Shown here piece after piece: positions 39,496-48,364 of a DNA stretch of 48,364 bases. Location of the stretch: positions 1 to 48,364 of the forward strand of contig DAIENX010000087.1 in the NCBI GenBank assembly GCA_027340875.1. The letters are read 5' to 3'. The DNA is from Elusimicrobiota bacterium (GTDB lineage: Bacteria; Elusimicrobiota; Elusimicrobia; Elusimicrobiales; UBA9959). How positions within the stretch are numbered: the stretch's first letter is position 1; each line of letters starts with the position of its first letter. Under the pieces are notes generated by a model. The model made no database searches. It had not been told where the DNA came from and saw nothing but the letters and a program-made list of their open reading frames with translations. Made by a program: the position numbers and the translations under genes.

Positions 39496-40407
39496 ATGCA
39501 GAACGACGAAACCAAACGCAAGCGCCTGCGCGCCCTGGTGCGCGGCCAGGGAGCGGTCCTGCCCGGGGCCTTCAACGCGCTCACCGCGAGGCTGGTCCAG
39601 AAAGCCGGGTTCAGGGGCGTCTACATCTCCGGCGCGGGGCTTAACAACGGCGCCGGTTACCCGGACATCGGCCTCCTGACGCTGAGCGAATTCGCTACGA
39701 TGGCGCGCTATATCACGCGGGCCGTGGACCTGCCCTGCGTCTGCGACGCCGACACCGGCTTCGGGGAGGCCGTCAACGTCTCGCGCTGCGTGCAGGAGTT
39801 CGAGCAGGCCGGCCTCGCGGCCATGCATATAGAGGACCAGGTCTTTCCGAAGCGCTGCGGCCACCTCTCCGGCAAGCAGTTGATCCCCTCGGAACAGATG
39901 GAGAGAAAGATAAAGACCGCGGCGCTCACCCGCCGCGACCCCGACTTCCTGATAATCGCCAGGACCGACGCCCGCGCGGTGGAGAGCTTCGGAGCGGCGG
40001 TAAAGCGGGCCAAAGCCTACCTGAAGGCCGGCGCCGACATGATCTTCCCCGAGGCGCTGAAGACCCGGGAGGAGTTCGCCGCCTTCGCGAAGGCCGTGAA
40101 AGCTCCTCTGTTGGCGAACATGACGGAGTTCGGAGTCTCGCCGCTGCTCAACTCGAAGGACCTGCTCGGCCTGGGCTACAAGCTGGTCATCTACCCGATG
40201 GGCGCTTTCCGCATCACGATGAAGGCCTGCGGCGAGTTCTATTCCGAGATAGCCCGCAACGGTACGCAGGAGGGGCTGCTGCCGAAGATGCAGACCCGCA
40301 AGGAACTTTACGAGCTGCTCGACTACGACAGCTACGCCCGGCTGGACGAAAAAGCTTACGGCGGCTTCATGGGCGGAAAAAACCTGAAGGAGAAAAAAAG
40401 GAAATGA
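39496..40407 (+). CDS. prpB: 2-methylisocitrate lyase
   Basis: [41 protein letters not shown]. Confidence 0.93.
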   Translation: MQNDETKRKRLRALVRGQGAVLPGAFNALTARLVQKAGFRGVYISGAGLNNGAGYPDIGLLTLSEFATMARYITRAVDLPCVCDADTGFGEAVNVSRCVQEFEQAGLAAMHIEDQVFPKRCGHLSGKQLIPSEQMERKIKTAALTRRDPDFLIIARTDARAVESFGAAVKRAKAYLKAGADMIFPEALKTREEFAAFAKAVKAPLLANMTEFGVSPLLNSKDLLGLGYKLVIYPMGAFRITMKACGEFYSEIARNGTQEGLLPKMQTRKELYELLDYDSYARLDEKAYGGFMGGKNLKEKKRK

Positions 40408-41864
40408 GCCATATATCCAACGAGCGTCCTCCCACGGACGAGGTCATTGCCAAAATAGCCGGCTACGCGCACGACTTCGAGATAAAGAGCGCGGAAGCCT
40501 ACGAGACCGCCCGCTACTGCCTGATGGACAGCCTCGGCTGCGGCCTGCTGGCGCTGAAGTTCCCCGCCTGCGCCAAGCTGCTGGGGCCGGTGGTTCCCGG
40601 CACCATTGTGCCGGGCGGCGTGCGCGTGCCAGGCACCGACTACGTACTCGACCCGGTGCAGGGCGCCTTCAATATCGGCGCGATGATACGCTGGCTGGAC
40701 TACAACGACACCTGGCTCGCGGCGGAGTGGGGCCACCCGTCCGACAACCTCGGCTCCATCCTCGCCGTGGCGGACTATATTTCGCAGAAGCGCCGCGCCG
40801 AGGGCGGAAAGCCGCTGACGATGCGCGACGTGTTGACCTCGATGATAAAGACCCACGAGATCCAGGGCGTGCTGGCGCTGGAGAACAGCTTCAACCGCGT
40901 GGGCCTCGACCACGTGGTGCTCGTGAAGGTAGCCTCCGCCGCGCTGGCGGTCAAGCTGCTGGGCGGGACGAAGGAGCAGATAGCCGACGCCGTCTCCCAG
41001 GCCTGGGTGGACGGCCAGAGCCTGCGCGCCTACCGCCACGCGCCGAACACGGGATCGCGCAAGTCCTGGGCTGCCGGAGACGCCTGCAGCCGCGCCGTGA
41101 AGCTCGCGCTGATGACGCTGCAGGGCGAGATGGGCTACCCGTCGGTGCTGACCGCGAGGACCTGGGGCTTCTACGACGTGCTGTTCAAGGGGAAGCCTTT
41201 CTCGCTGCCGCAGCCGTTCGGCTCCTACGTGATGGAGAACGTGCTGTTCAAGATCTCCTTCCCGGCCGAGTTCCACGCGCAGACGGCGGTGGAATGCGCG
41301 ATAAAGCTGCACCCGTTGGTGAAGGACCGCCTCGCGGACATCAAGGAAGTGCGCCTGACCACGCACGAGTCCGCGCTGCGCATCATCGACAAGAAAGGCC
41401 CGCTGCACAACCCGGCCGACCGCGACCACTGCATACAGTACATGTCAGCTATAGGACTGATCTTCGGGGAGCTGAAGGCGGAGCACTACGAGGACTCCGC
41501 GGCGAAGGACCCGCGCATAGACGCGCTGCGCGACAAGTTCGTGCTGACCGAGGAGCCACGCTACACGAAGGAGTACCTCGAGGCGGACAAGCGCTCCATC
41601 GCCAACGCGCTGCAGATAGTCTTCAAGGACGGCAGCGCCACAGAGAAGGTCGTGGTGGAATACCCGATAGGCCACCGCCGCCGCCGCAAGGAGGGCATAC
41701 CGGAGCTGCTTAAGAAGTTCGACGCTAACCTGAAGACGCGCTTCACGGACTCGGAGGCCGCCGCGATCAAGGACTCTTTCGCCGACCCCGCGCGCTTCGA
41801 GGCGCTGCCGGTGGACGAGTGGATGGCGCTGCTGTCCCGCGCCCCGCAAACCGCCCGTCGTTGA
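40404..41864 (+). CDS. prpD: 2-methylcitrate dehydratase
   Basis: [47 protein letters not shown]. Confidence 0.96.
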   Translation: MSHISNERPPTDEVIAKIAGYAHDFEIKSAEAYETARYCLMDSLGCGLLALKFPACAKLLGPVVPGTIVPGGVRVPGTDYVLDPVQGAFNIGAMIRWLDYNDTWLAAEWGHPSDNLGSILAVADYISQKRRAEGGKPLTMRDVLTSMIKTHEIQGVLALENSFNRVGLDHVVLVKVASAALAVKLLGGTKEQIADAVSQAWVDGQSLRAYRHAPNTGSRKSWAAGDACSRAVKLALMTLQGEMGYPSVLTARTWGFYDVLFKGKPFSLPQPFGSYVMENVLFKISFPAEFHAQTAVECAIKLHPLVKDRLADIKEVRLTTHESALRIIDKKGPLHNPADRDHCIQYMSAIGLIFGELKAEHYEDSAAKDPRIDALRDKFVLTEEPRYTKEYLEADKRSIANALQIVFKDGSATEKVVVEYPIGHRRRRKEGIPELLKKFDANLKTRFTDSEAAAIKDSFADPARFEALPVDEWMALLSRAPQTARR

Positions 41865-41940
41865 GCGGGTACGGCGCGGCGGGCTTTCCATCGCGCCGAT
41901 TTTGTTATAATTGGGCTTATATTAGGCTTCCGGAGGTAGG

Positions 41941-42612
41941 ATGAAACCCATAAAGACCCCGCAGCAGGCGGTGGAGGACATAAAGGACGGAGCGTCCATC
42001 ATGATAGGCGGCTTTATTTCCTGCGGCCGCCCCATGGACGTGCTAGAGGCCGTCTATCAGAAAGGCGTCAAGGACCTGACGATAATATCCAACGACACCC
42101 CGAAGGGAGAGGACGGCATAGTGAAGCTGGTCCTCGCGGGACGCGTGAAGAAATTCATCGGCTCGTTCATCGGCATGAACAGGATCATGGGCGAGAAGAT
42201 GAAGAGCGGCGAGCTGGCGATAGAGCTGGTGCCGCAGGGCACCTTCGTGGAGCGCATCCGCGCCGCCGGCGCCGGCCTCGGCGGGGTGCTTACCCCCACC
42301 GGCCTCGGCACCGCTATAGAGAAGGGCAAGCAGGTGCTGGAGGTGGACGGCCGCAAGTTCCTGCTCGAGAAGCCGCTGCGCGCCGATTTCGCCATAGTTA
42401 AGGCGAACCGGGCCGACAAGTACGGCAACGGCTTCGCGGCCGGCTCGTCCAAGAACTTCAACGTGGCTATGGCCATGGCCGCAGACCACGTGATCCTGGA
42501 GGCGGAGGAGATAGTCGAGCCGGGCCAGATGGACCCGGAGAAGATCACCTACCCCAGCGTCTTCATCAACGCCCTCGTCAAGGTGGCCAAGCCCGCCAAA
42601 GGAGTCAACTAA
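41941..42612 (+). CDS. 3-oxoacid/short-chain CoA-transferase subunit A
   Basis: IMIGGF, ISND, PQGTFVERIRAAGAG, TPTGLGT; TGTTATAAT extended -10 and GGAGG upstream. Confidence 0.92.
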   Translation: MKPIKTPQQAVEDIKDGASIMIGGFISCGRPMDVLEAVYQKGVKDLTIISNDTPKGEDGIVKLVLAGRVKKFIGSFIGMNRIMGEKMKSGELAIELVPQGTFVERIRAAGAGLGGVLTPTGLGTAIEKGKQVLEVDGRKFLLEKPLRADFAIVKANRADKYGNGFAAGSSKNFNVAMAMAADHVILEAEEIVEPGQMDPEKITYPSVFINALVKVAKPAKGVN

Positions 42613-43268
42613 TGAGCGAAGAAGAATCCAGGCTCCGCATAGCCCGCAGGATAGCTAAAGAACTCCCTGATAACGCCGTGGTCAACCTCGGCATCGGCAT
42701 ACCGACGCTGGTGTCCAGCTTCCTGCCGGAAGGCAAGGGAATACTGCTGCATTCCGAGAACGGCTATATCGGCCTCGGCGCCCCGCCCCCGGCCGGCCAG
42801 GAGGACCCGGACCTCGTCAACGCGGGCGGCCAGGCCGCCACGCTGGTCCCCGGCTCGTCCTGTTTCGATTCGTCCATGTCGTTCGCGATAGTGCGCGGCA
42901 AGCACCTCGACTACACGATACTGGGGGCCCTTGAAGTAGACGAAGAGGGCAACCTCGCCAACTACATGATACCGGGCAAGTTCGTCCCCGGCATCGGCGG
43001 CGCCATGGACCTGTCCGTAGGCGCGAAGAACGTCGTGATAGCGATGGAGCACGTCAACAAGCACGGCGAGCCGAAGATCGTGCCTAAGTGCACGCTGCCG
43101 CTTACCGCCGCCAAAGAGGTGAACCTGATAGTCACCGACCTGGCCTTCATCCGCATCACCCCGAAGGGCCTGGTGCTCGAGGAGATAGCCGAGGACACCA
43201 CGCTGGAAGAGGTGATCAAGAAGACCTCCGCTAAGCTGATAGTGTCGGAGAAGCTCGGCCGCTTCTAG
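42612..43268 (+). CDS. 3-oxoacid/short-chain CoA-transferase subunit B
   Basis: VNLGIGIPT, catalytic HSENG, GGAMDL, CTLPLT. Confidence 0.93.
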   Translation: MSEEESRLRIARRIAKELPDNAVVNLGIGIPTLVSSFLPEGKGILLHSENGYIGLGAPPPAGQEDPDLVNAGGQAATLVPGSSCFDSSMSFAIVRGKHLDYTILGALEVDEEGNLANYMIPGKFVPGIGGAMDLSVGAKNVVIAMEHVNKHGEPKIVPKCTLPLTAAKEVNLIVTDLAFIRITPKGLVLEEIAEDTTLEEVIKKTSAKLIVSEKLGRF

Positions 43269-43286
43269 CGCCGTCCGGGCATAAAG

Positions 43287-43321
43287 AAAAGACCGCCGGG
43301 CAAACCCGGCGGTCTTTTTTT
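43287..43321. terminator. Bidirectional intrinsic terminator
   Basis: AAAAGACCGCCGGG-caaa-CCCGGCGGTCTTTTTT between convergent genes. Confidence 0.9.
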
Positions 43322-43333
43322 GCGCCCAGGCGG

Positions 43334-44254
43334 TCAGTACTGAGCGAGCGCGGCCTTGTAATGCTTCCACAGGCTGGCTGTCGAATGAGTGGGCTGGCCG
43401 TACGGGCTGCCAGGCAGGGAGGCCCAAGTGGTGTTGAGCCTGGAAAGGGCGGCGGTGAAATTCTCGTAGACCCCGGACCCGCTGACCAGCCTGTAGGCCC
43501 CGGCGCGGCGGATTATCTCGAGCGCGGCCTTTTCCTGGTTCGGAGGAGTAAAGTCGGAAAGCCCGAGCGCCGGCGCGAGCCCGTCCCAGGTCTTGGAGAG
43601 GAACTGGTAACGGCCGGCGGCGTTCGAGCACAGTTTGCCGGAGCACTTCCTTGTCCGCGGGTGGTCGGCATAACTGCTGAAGGTGGCGAAAGTGAAGATG
43701 TAATTGTAGCGCTCATTGGTCCCCTCGGCGAAGGCCAGCGTGTCCAGGAAGGCGCGCACGCTCTTCGGCAGCTCCCAGGCCCCTCCGGCGGAACTGGAGG
43801 AAACGTCGGCCATATAGACGTACCCTTCCGTCATCTGGCAGTTCGGCAGCGGCCGGGCCAGCTTGACGGTCATGTACTCCCCGGTAAAGCCGGGCTTGAG
43901 CGTGGCCCCATAAAGGGTCCTGGCCTCCAGCACGCACTTCTCCGTGCCGTCCTGCAGCTCTCCGGACTGCGCCGGGCGGGACTTAAGGAAGGTCCGCGTA
44001 TCGCCGATATAGAAGAACTGGTCCTGGGTGCGGGTGTAGTCCGGCCATTCGAAGCCGGGCTCGCCGTTATCGGGCGGGAGGTACTGCTCGAGCTCCTGTT
44101 CCTCCGCGCTCTGCAGAGGAGCGGCCATCGGCACGTCCGCGGCCGGGGCGGGGATGCTCGTCCCTCCTGAGAAAGAGGAAAGCTCGCCGAAGGCCTGGGC
44201 GCCGGCGTAAGCCGGGACGGCGGCGAGGAGGAGGCTTAGGAGGGCCCGCTTCAT
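43334..44254 (-). CDS. Secreted GH104 / lambda-R-like lysozyme with extra N-terminal domain
   Basis: Signal peptide MKRALLSLL..AYA; RAFLDTLAFAEGT, AAGRYQF, DFTPPNQ, WASLPGSPYGQ. Confidence 0.85.
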   Translation of the reverse strand: MKRALLSLLLAAVPAYAGAQAFGELSSFSGGTSIPAPAADVPMAAPLQSAEEQELEQYLPPDNGEPGFEWPDYTRTQDQFFYIGDTRTFLKSRPAQSGELQDGTEKCVLEARTLYGATLKPGFTGEYMTVKLARPLPNCQMTEGYVYMADVSSSSAGGAWELPKSVRAFLDTLAFAEGTNERYNYIFTFATFSSYADHPRTRKCSGKLCSNAAGRYQFLSKTWDGLAPALGLSDFTPPNQEKAALEIIRRAGAYRLVSGSGVYENFTAALSRLNTTWASLPGSPYGQPTHSTASLWKHYKAALAQY

Positions 44255-44333
44255 AAGGATATTCTCGCAGGCCGGAGCGGAATGGTTAAGGGCCCCGGGA
44301 CCCAGGGCCGGCTGGGCCATATGGCCCAGGGGC

Positions 44334-44933
44334 TCAGGAGGCCAGGAACCTCTTTATGCCGGTCATTACCATCTGCACGGATATGGTAACGAGTATCATG
44401 CCCATCAGCTTTTCCATGGCCAGCAGGCCGCGTTGTCCCAGCAGCCGCGACAGCCAGCCGGACAGGCCGGCCAGGATCACGGCGTTTATCAGCCAGGCGG
44501 CGCCCACCACTCCCAGCCACATCGGCACCTTGCCCGGGTCCTGCAGCGAGAAGAGCAGCACGGTGGTGAGCGTGGAAGGACCGGCTATCAGCGGGATCGC
44601 CAGCGGAACGATGAACGGTTCCCCCTCCGGCCCCTCCGCAAAGGCCGAGTGGTGGGAGGGGAATATCATCTGCAGGGCTATAAGGAACAGCACTATGCCG
44701 CCGGCCACGGCCATCGCGGTAAGGTCCAGCGCCAGGGCTGAGACTATGTACTTGCCGAACAGCAGGAAGAACAGCATTATGCCGAGCGCGAAGAAAAGTT
44801 CGCGGATGATCACCGCGCGGCGGCGTTCCTCCGCCACGTTCTTCAGCGCGGACATGAACATCGGGATGTTGCCGAGCGGGTCCATGACCAGCGTCAGCGT
44901 GAACAGCGTGGAGAGGAAAAGCTTCAGGTCCAT
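44334..44933 (-). CDS. MarC-family membrane protein
   Basis: MDPLGNIP, AGGIVLF, PFIVPLAIPLIAGP, EKLMGMIL. Confidence 0.93.
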   Translation of the reverse strand: MDLKLFLSTLFTLTLVMDPLGNIPMFMSALKNVAEERRRAVIIRELFFALGIMLFFLLFGKYIVSALALDLTAMAVAGGIVLFLIALQMIFPSHHSAFAEGPEGEPFIVPLAIPLIAGPSTLTTVLLFSLQDPGKVPMWLGVVGAAWLINAVILAGLSGWLSRLLGQRGLLAMEKLMGMILVTISVQMVMTGIKRFLAS

Positions 44934-44947
44934 AGCACAATTCTAGC

Positions 44948-44992
44948 AAAAGAGAACGGCCGGGGAGGTAATCCTCACCCGGCCGTTCCTTT
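44948..44992. terminator. Intrinsic terminator after gyrA
   Basis: GAACGGCCGGG..CCCGGCCGTTC hairpin with flanking A/T tracts. Confidence 0.7.
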
Positions 44993-45004
44993 AGGTCCGA
45001 CCGC

Positions 45005-47512
<2,508 letters not shown>

Positions 47513-47530
47513 TGAAATCGCTCCTTAAAC

Positions 47531-47556
47531 TGGATCCCGGCTTCCGCCGGAATGAC
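47531..47556. repeat. REP-type small palindrome (GTCATTCCGGC..GCCGGGATCCA class)
   Basis: Minus strand GTCATTCCGGCGGAAGCCGGGATCCA in the gyrB-gyrA spacer. Confidence 0.7.
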
Positions 47557-47561
47557 GATCC

Positions 47562-48364
47562 TTATATGTCCAGGTTCTTGGCGGCTAGCGCGTTCTGTTC
47601 TATGAACACGCGGCGCGGCTCGACCTTGTCGCCCATAAGGGTCGTGAACATCTTCTCGGCCTCGGCCGGGTCCTCGAGCGAGACCTTCAGCAGCTTGCGC
47701 CGCATCGGGTCCATCGTGGTTTCCCAGAGCTGTTCCGGGTTCATTTCGCCCAGACCCTTGTAGCGCTGTATATGCGCTCCGGAAGAACCAATCTTCATGG
47801 CCGTGTCCAGCAGGCCCTTCAGGTCCTTCGCGGCGGTCAGCGTCTTCTCGTTGGAGATCTCGAAGACGTCGGCCTTCTTGGGGTCCTCGTTGTGGAAGTC
47901 GGCGATAGCCCAGCCGAGCGGCTTGAGCTTGGCCGTGATGTTGTTGAGCCTGGTGAACTCGCCGAGCGGCTGGAACTCGGGGCCCAGCTCCTCGGTGTCG
48001 ATCTCGGCCTCCGGCACGCCTTCCTTGGCGAGAGCGTCCTTGTGCTTCTGGATATACTCGTTCTCGTAGTCCTGCCATTCCTTCTCGGTGAAGAAGTACT
48101 TGTAGGTCTCGGGCCCTGTCTCGATGCGGTACAGCGGCACCGCGCCGTCGGCCTGGAACTTGACGTAATCCTTCAGCGTCAGGTTCTTGGTCTCGAGCTT
48201 GCGGGAGGTGTTGTCTATCGCGACGATGAGGTCGAGCAGTTCGTTGAGCTCCTTGCCCTCGAGCTTCTTGCCCTTCGCCTTCACGGCGATGCCGCTGACG
48301 GCCTCCTTCATCTGCCACTTCTGCAGCCTCTCCTCGTTCTCGAAGTAGGCCTCGAACTTGCCTT
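47562..48364 (-). CDS. gyrB: DNA gyrase subunit B, C-terminal part (5' end outside window)
   Basis: [34 protein letters not shown]; includes the long C-terminal insert. Confidence 0.96.
   Translation of the reverse strand, partial: GKFEAYFENEERLQKWQMKEAVSGIAVKAKGKKLEGKELNELLDLIVAIDNTSRKLETKNLTLKDYVKFQADGAVPLYRIETGPETYKYFFTEKEWQDYENEYIQKHKDALAKEGVPEAEIDTEELGPEFQPLGEFTRLNNITAKLKPLGWAIADFHNEDPKKADVFEISNEKTLTAAKDLKGLLDTAMKIGSSGAHIQRYKGLGEMNPEQLWETTMDPMRRKLLKVSLEDPAEAEKMFTTLMGDKVEPRRVFIEQNALAAKNLDI

Overview
GC-rich bacterial chromosomal window; gene style suggests an anaerobe, possibly Elusimicrobiota (inference only). It has three blocks. (1) About 1-13 kb is a respiratory / extracellular electron transfer island: the end of an NrfD-type operon, tatA-tatC, a NapC/NirT-anchored ~15-heme cytochrome, two tandem CbcL-like 11-heme cytochrome c/cytochrome b fusions, an MtrA/MtrB-like decaheme-porin pair with three FNR-like boxes upstream, an FNR-like regulator and a tetraheme c554-type cytochrome. 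(2) About 16-43 kb covers short/branched-chain acyl-CoA metabolism: icd, acyl-CoA dehydrogenases, etfAB, a membrane Fe-S ETF:quinone oxidoreductase, crt-hbd-thiolase, icmF, two HMG-CoA-lyase-like paralogs, liu-type genes, prpBD and a CoA-transferase. (3) The rest holds a GH104 lysozyme, marC, gyrA and partial gyrB. The most striking unexplained signal is at 15231-15544. There a near-consensus sigma70 promoter and a terminator-like hairpin bracket a ~310-nt minus-strand unit that is almost free of adenosine (1 A in 248 nt), carries 21 GGU motifs and has a 5'/3' closing helix. This is a candidate novel non-coding RNA or leader. Clusters of modular palindromic (MITE/REP-like) elements lie at 15.6-16.2 kb and 35.2-35.65 kb.
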